Source: Alphaproteobacteria bacterium | GTDB lineage: Bacteria; Pseudomonadota; Alphaproteobacteria; MPNO01 | Direction of reading: 5' to 3' | Length of the DNA stretch: 64,000 nt | NCBI GenBank assembly: GCA_964291675.2 | Contig: OZ219866.1 | Coordinates: forward strand, 64,001-128,000 | Shown: piece by piece, positions 1-9,929 of the stretch | Layout of the letters: the number at the start of each line of letters is the position of its first letter | Position numbering within the stretch: position 1 is the first letter of the stretch | Made by a program: the position numbers and the translations under genes | Notes under the pieces: generated by a model | What the model was told of the DNA's origin: nothing | The model's input: only the letters and a program-made list of their open reading frames with translations | Database searches by the model: none

Positions 1-87
1 GCCATGACGGCCCATCCGGTGAGCACGCACGTCAACCGGCCCGCCAACGACGATCCGCGCTGCGTGGAGCCGGTCACGCTGCTCTGA
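1..87 (+). CDS. SOS response-associated peptidase (SRAP/YedK/HMCES), C-terminal fragment
   Basis: Frame 1 reads AMTAHPVSTHVNRPANDDPRCVEPVTLL*, matching the SRAP C-terminal PVS..VN...ND.P.C.EP pattern; truncated by the window edge. Confidence 0.75.
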   Translation, partial: AMTAHPVSTHVNRPANDDPRCVEPVTLL

Positions 88-309
88 GTTCCGGTCGCCC
101 GGCGGCCTGAACCCCCACCCCTGACAACCCCGTTCCGGAACGGCCTCGCCGTTCCCTGTCGCTCCATCGCGCATCTCGCCAGCCGGAGTCCGGCCAGCCG
201 GAGCCGGACGGGCCGGCGGGCCGGTGCGGGAGGACCCGCCGCGCGCCGGCATTCCCGCCGCCCGCCCCGGACCGCGATCCGGGGCCGTCCCCCAGCCCGG
301 AGACCGCCC

Positions 310-840
310 ATGCTCCACCGGATCACCGGCCGCGCCACCAAGTGCGGCCCCTCCGCCATCTCCGCGATCGCCGGCGTGCCGACCCACCAGGCCGCCGCCG
401 TCATCCGCCGCCTTACCGGTCGCCGCGCCGTCAACGGCGTCTACATGGACGAGCTCGCCGCCGCGCTTGCCGAGTTCGGCTGGACGCCGGACCGCACGCT
501 CCGCCACCCCAGGCTCGGCGACCGCCGCTACGCCCACGACGAAGAGGCCTGGGAACGCCGCCTCTCGGACCTTCCCTGCGAACGGCGCGCCGTCACCCTC
601 GGGACCTTCCTCGACCCCGCGCCCGCCGGAACGTGGGCCATCGCGACGAGCGATCACTTCGTGGCCTACGGCGACGGTTTCGTGGCGGACTCCGGCGCCT
701 TCTTCTCGCGCAAGCCGGCCTTCTGGTTCCGCGCCATTCCCGAGCATGACCGCGTCGCGCTCAGGCGCGTCCGCGAAGCCATCCGGTTCGCGCCGGTCCC
801 GGGCAGCGCCGGGCGCGGCCCGTCTTCCAAGGAGTGTTGA
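310..840 (+). CDS. Hypothetical protein with papain/C39-like Cys-His-Asp pattern
   Basis: GGAG RBS; motifs KCGPSAISAI, SDHFVAY, FVADS; next gene starts 3 nt after the stop. Confidence 0.6.
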   Translation: MLHRITGRATKCGPSAISAIAGVPTHQAAAVIRRLTGRRAVNGVYMDELAAALAEFGWTPDRTLRHPRLGDRRYAHDEEAWERRLSDLPCERRAVTLGTFLDPAPAGTWAIATSDHFVAYGDGFVADSGAFFSRKPAFWFRAIPEHDRVALRRVREAIRFAPVPGSAGRGPSSKEC

Positions 841-843
841 GCC

Positions 844-1488
844 ATGCCCAGGATCGTCGAGACCACCGTCTACACGATCGACGAGCTTTCGGACGCGGCG
901 AAGGAAGCGGCGCGCGCCTGGTATCGCGAGTCCTGCCTCGACTACGAGTGGTACGACTTCGTCTACGAGGATTTCCACACCATCTGCGGCATTCTCGGCG
1001 TGACGCTCCGCACCAGCCTCGTGCGCCTTTATGGCGGCGGAACGCGGGACAAGCCGCATCTCTGGTGGACCGGCTTTTGGTCGCAAGGCGACGGCGCGTC
1101 GTTCGAAGGCTCTTATTCCCACGCCAGGGGGGCGGCAAGGGCGATCCGCGCCCATGCGCCCAAGGACGAAGAACTGCACCGCATCGCCGACGCGTTGCAG
1201 GCGGTTCAACGGAAGAACTTCTTCCAGATCCACGCGTCGATCCGCCAGAGCGGGCGCTACCACCACGAATACACCATGGCGGTCGAGGTCGAGCGCGACA
1301 GCCCGACCTGGCAACCGCCCACGGACGATGCCGAGGACACGGTGACCGAGGCCATGCGCGACCTGGCGCGCTGGCTCTACCGCCAGCTCCGCGCCGAATA
1401 CGAACATCTAACCTCCGACGACGCGATCGACGAGACCCTCGCCGCCAATGCGTGGTCGTTCACGGCGGCGGGCGAATACTTCGTCTGA
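844..1488 (+). CDS. Conserved plasmid/ICE protein, usually annotated 'antitoxin of toxin-antitoxin stability system'
   Basis: ETTVYTIDELSDAAKEAARAWY and GFWSQGDGASFEG motifs typical of this family; function not established. Confidence 0.75.
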   Translation: MPRIVETTVYTIDELSDAAKEAARAWYRESCLDYEWYDFVYEDFHTICGILGVTLRTSLVRLYGGGTRDKPHLWWTGFWSQGDGASFEGSYSHARGAARAIRAHAPKDEELHRIADALQAVQRKNFFQIHASIRQSGRYHHEYTMAVEVERDSPTWQPPTDDAEDTVTEAMRDLARWLYRQLRAEYEHLTSDDAIDETLAANAWSFTAAGEYFV

Positions 1489-1711
1489 CATCGCCGCACA
1501 TCCCGCGCCGTCCCTGAACGGCGCGGGCCCGCCGGGCACCTCCGCACCTTCCTGAATCCGACCGTCGGCCGCGCCCGCGCCGGGTTTCCCCGGCGCGCGT
1601 CGCGCCGGCGGGAGTCCGGTCAGCCGGCTGGGGGCGGTCGGCGGGCAGGCGCGGGAGGCCCCGTGCCGCGCCGCCGGCCCGCTTCCGCCCTTCCAGCACG
1701 GAGACCGGCCC

Positions 1712-4700
1712 ATGCTCGACGCCAACCCGGCGCCCGACGCCCTCGCGCGTCCGCCCCTTCCCACCGACGCAATCGAACCGCCGGCATCGCCGGCCCGCCC
1801 GTCTCCGGGCGATGCCCTGTTCGCTGCGGCCCGGGCCCTGCTGCCGGTGCTGGAGGCCGGCCGGCCGCTCGATGCCGCGATCCTCCGGGACGCCATGACC
1901 GAGGCCTTCGGCGCGTCCGACGCCGTGGGCGGCTGGGTCTGGAAGGACGCCTACGAAGCAGTCGAAGCGGCGTGCGTGCTGTTCCTCCAGCGCTACGGAC
2001 GGGGCATGCGCCGCACATGCGGCGCCGGTCCCGACGGGCCGCGCCGCATGCTGGCGATGCTGGAGACGCTCGCGGCGCTGGAGCCCTCCCACACCAAGCG
2101 GTCGGAAGAGCAGGTCCGGCTCCAGCAGTTCTCGACCCCGCTGCCGCTCGCCTATGCGGCGTTGCAGGCCGCCGCGATCCGGCCGGACGACGTCGTGCTG
2201 GAGCCCTCCGCCGGAACCGGGATGCTGGCGGTGATGGCGGAATGCGCGCTGGGCACGGACGCCGCCGGCAAGCTGTATCTCAACGAGTATGCGCAGACCC
2301 GGGCCCGGTTGCTGATGCAGCTCTTCCCCGGATCAGTCGTGACCGCCTTCAACGCCGAGGCCATCGCCGACCGGCTGCGCGACGTCCGCCCGACCGTGGT
2401 GCTGATGAACCCGCCGTTCTCGGCAACGCCCGGCGTCGACCGCAACCGGTACGACGCCGACCTGCGCCATGTCCGCTCGGCCGCGTCGATGCTGCCGCCG
2501 GGCGGGCGGCTGGTGACGATCACCTCGGCCCATTGCGTGCTGGGCGACGCCGTCGGCCGTCTGGATCCTCCGGCCCGCTGCGTCTTCACCATGGCGATCG
2601 ACGGCCGCGCCTACGCGAGGCGCGGCACCGGCTTCGACACCCGCCTCACCGTGCTGGAGCGCGGCCCCGGACCCGCCGTGGATCTCGACGGAACGGCCCG
2701 CGCCGCCGACGCCCGCGAGCTGCTCGATGCCGTCAGCGCGGAGGTGCCGCAGCGGCAGCCGATCGCGCCCACGCCGATCCCGTCAGGCCCGGCCCGCGAT
2801 CTCTTCGGCAAACCGGTCGCGCCGAAGCCTGAGAAGCGCCGCGGGCCGAAGCCCGTGTCCACGCCCGAGACGCAGCGATCCCACGACTGGGGGCCGATTT
2901 CCGAGCTTACCGTCGAGACCGGCCCGGTCGAACCCGCTGCGGTGGAACCCGCCGCCGATGCCGATTCCCATGCCAGCGACTCCGGCCCCTACGCGCCGTG
3001 GCGGCCGGGCGCCGTGCGGGTGCCGGGCGCGGTCGAGCACCCGACGCCGCTGGTCCAGTCCGCCGCCATGGCCGCCGTGCCGCATCCCGTGCCGGCGTAC
3101 AGGCCGATGCTGCCCGAGCGCGTGGTGACGGACGGCCTGCTGTCGGACGCCCAGCTCGAGAGCGTCGTGCTGGCGGGCGAGGCCCATTCGCGGCACCTTG
3201 CCGCGGAGTACCGCATCGGCTCGCAATGGGACACCGTCCACCGCCGCAAGCTCGACGATGACGGGAACGAGGAGGAGGTCGATACCTCCCTCGTCACCCA
3301 GGAAGGCGAGACCCTGTCGGAGCCGGTGCGCTTCCGCCGGGGCTGGATGCTGGGCGATGGCACCGGCTGCGGCAAGGGCAGGCAGGTCGCCGCCATCATC
3401 CTCGACAACCGCCTGCGCGGCCGGAAGAAGGCGCTCTGGCTCTCGCAGTCCGACAAGCTGCTGGAGGACGCGCGCCGCGACTGGACCGCATTGGGCGGCC
3501 TGGAAAGCGACGTCATCCCGCTGGGGAATTTCCGGCAGGGGATGGAGATCCCCCTCGACGCCGGCATCCTCTTCGCGACCTACGCCACGCTGCGCTCGCC
3601 GTCCCGGCAAGGGAAACCGTCGCGGCTGGAGCAGATCGTCGAATGGCTCGCGGGCTCATTGGACGAAGAGGACCGCCACGGCTTCGACGGTGTGATCGTC
3701 TTCGACGAGGCGCACGCGATGGCGAATGCGGCGGGCTCGAAGTCCGAGCGCGGTGAGACCAAGCCGTCGCAGCAGGGCCGCGCCGGGCTGCGCTTGCAGA
3801 ACGCGCTGCCGGACGCGCGCATCGCCTATGTCTCGGCCACCGGCGCCACCACGGTGCCGGGACTGGCGTATGCAGGACGGCTCGGACTCTGGGCCGCCGG
3901 GGAGACGCCGTTCGAGAAGCGCACCGAGTTCGTCTCCGCCATGGAGGCCGGCGGCGTCGCCGCGATGGAAGTCGTCGCGCGCGACCTCAAGGCGCTCGGG
4001 CTCTACCAGGCGCGGGCATTGGCCTATGACGGGATCGAGGTCGACATCCTGGAGCATCCCCTCACGCCGGAGCAGCGGCGCATCTACGACGCCTATGCGG
4101 GCGCCTTCAAGGTGATCCACGCCAACATCGAGGAGGCGCTCAAGGCCACCGGTATCGTCCAGGGCGAGGACACGCTCAACAGGAACGCCAAGGCGGCAGC
4201 GTTGAGCGCCTTCGAGGGCACCAAGCAGCGCTTCTTCGGTCATCTTCTGACCGGCATGAAGGGCCCCTCGACCATCCGCGCCATCGACGCCGACCTCGCG
4301 GGCGGCCGGTCGGCGGTCGTGCAGCTGGTCTCCACCGGCGAGGCGTTGATGGAACGCCGCATCGCCGACGTTCCGGCCTCGGAGTGGGACGACCTCAACA
4401 TCGATCTCACGCCGCGCGATGCGATCCTCTCCTACCTCATGCACGCCTTCCCCGTGCAGTTGCAGGAACCCTTCACCGACGACGGCGGCAACCTGCTGAG
4501 CCGGCCCGCCCGCGACGCGGACGGCAACCCGGTCATCTGCAAGGAAGCGGAGGACCGGCGCGATGCGCTGATCGAGAAGCTGGCGGCGTTGCCGCCGGTG
4601 CCGACCGCGCTCGACCAGATCGTGCAGCATTTCGGGCACGAGGCGGTGGCGGAAGTCACGGGCCGGTCGCGGCGCGTGCTCAGGATCACGGATGCGAAGG

Positions 4701-6226
4701 GCGAGCGGATGGCGCTGCGCAGCCGGCCGGCTTCCGCCAACCTCGCCGAGACCGCCGCCTTCATGGACGGAGAGAAGCGCATCCTGGTGTTCTCCATGGC
4801 CGGCGGCACGGGTCGCAGCTATCACGCGGACTTGTCTTGCGGGAACACGGAGCGGCGCATCCACTACCTGCTGGAGCCCGGCTGGCGCGCCGACCAGGCG
4901 ATCCAGGGGCTGGGGCGTACCCACCGCACGCACCAGGCCTCCGCCCCGCTGTTCCGGCCCGTCACCACCGACGTGAAGGGCGAGCGCCGCTTCATCGCCA
5001 CCATCGCGCGCCGTCTGGACAGCCTCGGCGCCATCACGCGGGGCCAGCGGGATTCCCAGACCGCGATGGGCGGCAGCGACGCGGCGCTGTTCCGCGAGAG
5101 CGACAACCTGGAGAGCGTCTACGCCCGGGCGGCTCTCAGGCAGTTCTACGGCGCGCTGTGGCACGGAAGCATCCAGGGCTGGAATCTCGAGCGCTTCGAG
5201 AAGGCCACCGGGCTGAAGCTTACCTGGGAGGGCAATCTCAAGGAGGACCTGCCGCCCATGCCCAGGTTCCTCAACCGGCTGCTGGCGCTCCCCATCGCCG
5301 AGCAGAACCAGCTCTTCGCCGAGCTGGAGGAACGCATTGCCAGCAACATCGAGCAGGCGATCGAGGCCGGCAGCTACGAGGTCGGCGTCGAGACCGTCAC
5401 CGCCGACTCGCTCATCGTCGCCGGCCGCGAGACGCTCTACGAGCATCCCGGCACCGGGGCGGCCACCGAGCTGGTCGAGATCGTCCGCCGCGACAGGCTG
5501 GTGCCGCTCACGGCGGAATCGGCGCTGGAGATCGGCGAACGCGATCCGGGTCCTGACGGCAAGCCGCGCCTGGCCGTGAACGCCCGCTCGAAGCGCGCCG
5601 CCGTCATCCTGCCGGCCGCTTCCCGCATGCTCGACGACGGCGGCGTGCGGGAGCGTGTGCGGCTCATCCGGCCCGCGACGGCCGAGACCATCGCGAGGGC
5701 CGAGCTCGACGCCTCCAACTGGCGCCGCGCCGACGAGGCGCAATGGCGGCGCGTGTGGGACGCCGAGATCGCCGGGCTGCCGTCGCACCGGGACTCGCGC
5801 TTCTGGCTCGCCACCGGCCTGCTGCTGCCGGTCTGGGACCGCCTGCCGGCCGAGAACATGCGGGTCCGGCGGCTGACCTCGGATGACGGCATCGCGCTCA
5901 TCGGGCGCGTGCTCGACGCCGAGCAGGTCCGCGCCGTGCGTCAGAGCTTCGGCCTCGGCGGCGGCCCCGCCATGACCGGCGCGGAGGCCTTCGAGGCAGT
6001 GATGGGACGCGGCAACGCGCTCGCGCTCGCCAACGGCTGGCGGTTCGCGCGCCGCCGGCTGATGGGCGCCGACCGCATCGAGATCGAGGGCCCGGCCGAC
6101 ACCGACATGGACGCGCTGAAGCGTATGGGATGCACGGTGGAGATCGTCCAGTTCCGCGCCCGGATATTCGCGCCGAACGCCGGTGCGATGGAGCGCATCC
6201 TCGCCCGCTGGCCGCTCGCCGCCTGA
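1712..6226 (+). CDS. Strawberry-notch family methyltransferase-helicase (MTase + AAA_34 + Helicase_C_4)
   Basis: EPSAGTG and MNPPF MTase motifs; GDGTGCGKGRQ Walker A; DEAH; AIQGLGRTHR. Confidence 0.9.
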   Translation: MLDANPAPDALARPPLPTDAIEPPASPARPSPGDALFAAARALLPVLEAGRPLDAAILRDAMTEAFGASDAVGGWVWKDAYEAVEAACVLFLQRYGRGMRRTCGAGPDGPRRMLAMLETLAALEPSHTKRSEEQVRLQQFSTPLPLAYAALQAAAIRPDDVVLEPSAGTGMLAVMAECALGTDAAGKLYLNEYAQTRARLLMQLFPGSVVTAFNAEAIADRLRDVRPTVVLMNPPFSATPGVDRNRYDADLRHVRSAASMLPPGGRLVTITSAHCVLGDAVGRLDPPARCVFTMAIDGRAYARRGTGFDTRLTVLERGPGPAVDLDGTARAADARELLDAVSAEVPQRQPIAPTPIPSGPARDLFGKPVAPKPEKRRGPKPVSTPETQRSHDWGPISELTVETGPVEPAAVEPAADADSHASDSGPYAPWRPGAVRVPGAVEHPTPLVQSAAMAAVPHPVPAYRPMLPERVVTDGLLSDAQLESVVLAGEAHSRHLAAEYRIGSQWDTVHRRKLDDDGNEEEVDTSLVTQEGETLSEPVRFRRGWMLGDGTGCGKGRQVAAIILDNRLRGRKKALWLSQSDKLLEDARRDWTALGGLESDVIPLGNFRQGMEIPLDAGILFATYATLRSPSRQGKPSRLEQIVEWLAGSLDEEDRHGFDGVIVFDEAHAMANAAGSKSERGETKPSQQGRAGLRLQNALPDARIAYVSATGATTVPGLAYAGRLGLWAAGETPFEKRTEFVSAMEAGGVAAMEVVARDLKALGLYQARALAYDGIEVDILEHPLTPEQRRIYDAYAGAFKVIHANIEEALKATGIVQGEDTLNRNAKAAALSAFEGTKQRFFGHLLTGMKGPSTIRAIDADLAGGRSAVVQLVSTGEALMERRIADVPASEWDDLNIDLTPRDAILSYLMHAFPVQLQEPFTDDGGNLLSRPARDADGNPVICKEAEDRRDALIEKLAALPPVPTALDQIVQHFGHEAVAEVTGRSRRVLRITDAKGERMALRSRPASANLAETAAFMDGEKRILVFSMAGGTGRSYHADLSCGNTERRIHYLLEPGWRADQAIQGLGRTHRTHQASAPLFRPVTTDVKGERRFIATIARRLDSLGAITRGQRDSQTAMGGSDAALFRESDNLESVYARAALRQFYGALWHGSIQGWNLERFEKATGLKLTWEGNLKEDLPPMPRFLNRLLALPIAEQNQLFAELEERIASNIEQAIEAGSYEVGVETVTADSLIVAGRETLYEHPGTGAATELVEIVRRDRLVPLTAESALEIGERDPGPDGKPRLAVNARSKRAAVILPAASRMLDDGGVRERVRLIRPATAETIARAELDASNWRRADEAQWRRVWDAEIAGLPSHRDSRFWLATGLLLPVWDRLPAENMRVRRLTSDDGIALIGRVLDAEQVRAVRQSFGLGGGPAMTGAEAFEAVMGRGNALALANGWRFARRRLMGADRIEIEGPADTDMDALKRMGCTVEIVQFRARIFAPNAGAMERILARWPLAA

Positions 6227-6350
6227 GCGGCCCGCATGATACGTATGGCCGGCCCGACGCCCGCCGTTACATCAGTTGCCGGCGCACCGGGGGTCCGTAC
6301 CGCCGGCCCGCCGGCCGCCGGCCCCGATTCCACGGACAAGGAGAGCCGCC

Positions 6351-6620
6351 ATGACCGCACAGACCCTGCCCGACGAGCCGAACTTCTGCTTCTGTCCCGC
6401 CTACGACGTCGAGACCGAGGTGCAGCAGATCAGAATCGTGATCGAGGGGCTGGCCGGCCATGTCCCGACCGCGCTCATCAGCCTCGACCTCGAAAATGCT
6501 CTCGACATTTGCGACAAGCTCAACCGACGCCTCGGGCTCGACCGCGAGGCCTGGCAGGCCATGGTTGCCGCCTCCATGCAGGCCGAGGACGAGGATCCCG
6601 AGAGCGACCCCTGGCACTGA
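6351..6620 (+). CDS. Small acidic hypothetical protein (89 aa)
   Basis: AAGGAG RBS before ATG 6351; host-like codon usage. Confidence 0.65.
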   Translation: MTAQTLPDEPNFCFCPAYDVETEVQQIRIVIEGLAGHVPTALISLDLENALDICDKLNRRLGLDREAWQAMVAASMQAEDEDPESDPWH

Positions 6621-6717
6621 AGCCATATCCCTGCTGCGCGGCCGGCCCGCCGCCGGCTGCCGGTCCGCGGGCTCGCCGGCGAGGGCTCGCCGCTCCGTTG
6701 CCGGGAATAGCTACGCC

Positions 6718-7113
6718 TCAGTCCTCTTTCTCCAGCTCCCGCTTCCGTCTCCGTTCGAGGCTCTTCAGCATTTCCTCGTCGTGTTGCGGCTCGTCCCACG
6801 GCCCCGCCTCCGCGGCCGCCCAGGTCAGCATCCCGAAGAAGTCCGGATCGCCCGCATGCAGCTGGCAGGTGTACATCATGTTGACCACCTTGCGCATCAG
6901 GTCGCGCATCTCGTCCTGCCCGATACGCGCCACCTCCCGCCAGGGAATCCGCTCCCCGTTCGCGTCGACCACCACCACGTCCGAGAAATCCCCGGTATGG
7001 CTGACCGGCGCCGGCCCGCCGTGGATGTCCTCCATCACCGTGTTGCGGAAGCACATCACCGCCATGCCCTTCGCCACGACCGCCGCCATGTGCTCTTCCA
7101 ATTCGTTCGCCAT
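6718..7113 (-). CDS. Conserved hypothetical protein (131 aa)
   Basis: MANELEEH...CFRNTVMEDIHGG...SHTGDFSDVVVVDA...IPW; GAGGGG RBS; the only reverse-strand gene I call in the leading region. Confidence 0.7.
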   Translation of the reverse strand: MANELEEHMAAVVAKGMAVMCFRNTVMEDIHGGPAPVSHTGDFSDVVVVDANGERIPWREVARIGQDEMRDLMRKVVNMMYTCQLHAGDPDFFGMLTWAAAEAGPWDEPQHDEEMLKSLERRRKRELEKED

Positions 7114-7664
7114 ACGGACCCCTCTCTCTCGTTCGCAATTCCGGCCCGCGTCGCCGGACCGCCGACCCGCCCATGCCTCGACACGTCTCCCCGATCGCGG
7201 CCTGCCCGGCTGCGCAGCCGGCCCGCCGTCCGCCGCCATTCGCGCCGCCGGCCGGCCATCGGCCCCCCGCGCGGAGGCGAATGCGCGCCGATGCCGCCTC
7301 GACGCAGACTGCCACGGCCCCGCGCGGCACGCCAACCGCCCGGACGGTCGCCCCCGGCGCAATCCGGTCTCTTGCCCATCGTCGCGCCAGCCCGGAAACC
7401 GGACCGCCGGACACCTGCTGCACGCGAGGGGGCCGCTCCTCCCCCGCCCCATGCGGCAGGGGTCGGATCCAATCGTCAGACCCGGCTTCCCTCGCCGACG
7501 CCGGTGGCGCCACCGGACCGCGATCGCCTGGTGCCGGGCCGGTCAGGACGGTCATGCGTGCAGCATCCGAAGCGCCGGCCGAAGGGGAGTTGGAGAAGAG
7601 CAATCCGGGAGTAAGTCCGCTGCGGGAGAGTGAGCGGCGGAATCGCAACCGGGGAGATCGGGAC

Positions 7665-8198
7665 ATGGCGACATTGCGATATGCGGGGATCGGGGCGCGG
7701 GCGACTCCGGCGGCCGTGCTGGCGGACATGACCGTGATGGCGGGGTGGCTGGCGCGGACCGGCTGGCATCTGTCGTCGGGCGGCGCGGACGGGGCCGATA
7801 CTGCGTTCGCGGCGGGAGCGCCGGCCGGGCAGCGGACGATCTGGCTGCCGTGGCGGGGCTACAACGGGCATCGCGGGCCGGACTGCCGGGTGCTGTCGGC
7901 GGCTGAGCTGTCGGCCTGCATCGAGATCGCGCCGCCCCTGCATCCGGCGTGGGAGCGGTGTTCGCCGGCCGTCCGCAAGCTGCATGCCCGGAACGCGGCG
8001 GTGCTCGGGTTGACGCTGGATCGGCCGGTCGATGCGTGCGTGTGCTGGTCGGCCGGAGGACGGGATGAGGGTGGCACGGGCATGGCCATCCGCATCGCCG
8101 AGGACCGCGGCATCCCGGTGCTGAACCTGGGGTCCATGTCGCCGCGGGCGGTGTGCGAGCGCCTGGCCGCGATCCGCCGCGCCGATCCGGGGTCGTAG
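7665..8198 (+). CDS. SLOG superfamily (DprA/Smf-like) protein
   Basis: YAGIGARATP, SSGGADGADTAF, LHARN and GGTGMAIRIA motifs; GGAG RBS. Confidence 0.8.
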   Translation: MATLRYAGIGARATPAAVLADMTVMAGWLARTGWHLSSGGADGADTAFAAGAPAGQRTIWLPWRGYNGHRGPDCRVLSAAELSACIEIAPPLHPAWERCSPAVRKLHARNAAVLGLTLDRPVDACVCWSAGGRDEGGTGMAIRIAEDRGIPVLNLGSMSPRAVCERLAAIRRADPGS

Positions 8199-8299
8199 AG
8201 CAGGAGGAGAGCGCCTGTCGGGCGAGTGTCCGGCAGGCCGGAGGGAGTGGTTTCCCCGCGCCGATGCCGGGCATGGCAACGGCACGAGGAGACCCGCCC

Positions 8300-8551
8300 A
8301 TGTTCAATCCCCACTTCCGCCTCGGCGCCCCGACCGGCGGCGACCTTCTGACCGAGCTGGGCGTCCCTCCCGAGCTCGTCAGCGAGATCGCCGAGGACGA
8401 GCGCGCGATCCGCTGTCCCGACCGCGGCGCCGACTATCCCGAACAGGGCTTCGCGAGCCTCGCCCCGGAATCGTCGCTCGACCACGGCCTGCACGAGGCC
8501 GGACCCAACGAGCCCTGGGACCCGGCGTCGATGCTCTCCCCGGCCGGTTAG
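8300..8551 (+). CDS. Small acidic hypothetical protein (83 aa)
   Basis: GAGGAG RBS before ATG 8300; coding-like codon usage. Confidence 0.55.
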   Translation: MFNPHFRLGAPTGGDLLTELGVPPELVSEIAEDERAIRCPDRGADYPEQGFASLAPESSLDHGLHEAGPNEPWDPASMLSPAG

Positions 8552-8659
8552 AGGTGGAGGGGGGCTTGGAGAGATTGAACGGTCGGGGGTTCGGGGGAGT
8601 TACCCGGCCTCCGGCCGTTCGGAACCCATCGTCATCAACATGAACCGCAGGAGACCGTC

Positions 8660-9121
8660 ATGGCCTTCGGAAAGAACCACGCGGAACTCGTCGGCCGCCT
8701 CGGCGACGACGTCACCGTCAACCACCTCGCCTCGGGCGGCCGCGTCGCCAATCTGTCGATCGCGACCGACGAGTCGTACATCGACCGCAACTCCGGCACC
8801 AAGGTCGACAAGACCGAGTGGCACCGGGTCGTCACCTTCCAGGACGGGCTGATTGACATGCTCCAGAAGCACGCGACCAAGGGCCGCCTGATCCACGTCG
8901 AGGGCAAGATGCAGACCCGGCGCTGGCGCAAGGAAGGCGAGGACTCGGACCGCTTCTCCACCGAGATTCTCGTCGTGCCGGGCCACCGGGTACAGTTCTA
9001 CGACAAGCCCAACGGCAACGGCGCCCCGCCCGCGGACGCCCAGGCGCCGATGGACGACACCGCCGCGCAGGCCGCGGCGCCCGCGACCAGCACCGGGGAC
9101 ATCGAGGACCCGCCGTTCTAG
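8660..9121 (+). CDS. ssb: Single-stranded DNA-binding protein
   Basis: LVGRLG, SIATDESY, TEWHRVV, VEGKMQTRRW and acidic tip DIEDPPF. Confidence 0.95.
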   Translation: MAFGKNHAELVGRLGDDVTVNHLASGGRVANLSIATDESYIDRNSGTKVDKTEWHRVVTFQDGLIDMLQKHATKGRLIHVEGKMQTRRWRKEGEDSDRFSTEILVVPGHRVQFYDKPNGNGAPPADAQAPMDDTAAQAAAPATSTGDIEDPPF

Positions 9122-9149
9122 GCCGCCTCTCATCGTTCCTCCCTCCCTC

Positions 9150-9185
9150 GGGAGCCGGCACTTCGTGCCGGCTCCCTTTCTTTTT
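9150..9185 (+). terminator. Rho-independent terminator after ssb
   Basis: GGGAGCCGGCAC-TTC-GTGCCGGCTCCC stem-loop followed by TTTCTTTTT. Confidence 0.85.
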
Positions 9186-9294
9186 GCAGCGGGCCCGGAG
9201 TCTCTGTCTCCTTCATCCCGGCGCCGTGCCGCTCCGGCGCCGGAGTCCGGGAGAAGCGCGGGAAGGGGCGTTCGCCTTTGCGAGGAGAGAGAGC

Positions 9295-9879
9295 ATGACC
9301 CGCGACACCGAGAGCGTCTTCGCCCAGGGGGCGGTCATCGTCCCCGATTTCGTCACCCCGGCCGAGGAGGAGCGCATCCTGCTCCGCATCGCCCAGGCGC
9401 CCTGGATGACCGAGCTGCGCCGGCGCGTGCAGCACTACGGCTACCGCTACGACTACCGGGGTGCCAGCCGCCCGGAGCCCGCCGCGCCCTTCCCGCGCTG
9501 GGTCGAGGTCATGGCGGATCGACTGCGGGAGCACTTCGGCGGGACGCTGCCGGTGCAGTGCATCGTCAACGAGTACCGCCCGGGCCAGGGGATCGGCATG
9601 CACGCCGACCATGCGGATTTCGGGCCTGTCGTGGCGTCCCTGTCCCTCGCCGCCGACTGGCCGATGCGCTTCCGCCCGCGCTCCGTCCGCCCCTACGCCC
9701 GCGACGGGCTGCCGGGCGACGAGGTCGCGGTGCTGCCCCGCCGCTCGGTGCTGGTCCTCGCGGGCCGCGCGCGCCGGGACTGGATGCACGGCATCGACCG
9801 GACCGACACCGCCGGCCAGGCCGCGACGCGCCTCTCGGCCACCTTCCGCACGATCGCACCCGCCGGCGCGCGTCCGTGA
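9295..9879 (+). CDS. AlkB-family 2OG-Fe(II) dioxygenase
   Basis: RRVQHYGYRY, IVNEY.PGQGIGMHAD (HxD), SLSL, WMHGI, RLSATFR. Confidence 0.9.
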   Translation: MTRDTESVFAQGAVIVPDFVTPAEEERILLRIAQAPWMTELRRRVQHYGYRYDYRGASRPEPAAPFPRWVEVMADRLREHFGGTLPVQCIVNEYRPGQGIGMHADHADFGPVVASLSLAADWPMRFRPRSVRPYARDGLPGDEVAVLPRRSVLVLAGRARRDWMHGIDRTDTAGQAATRLSATFRTIAPAGARP

Positions 9880-9929
9880 GCCGCGCGGAGCCGGTCCTTC
9901 TTCGATCTTCCCGCTACAGGAGCTGCGTT

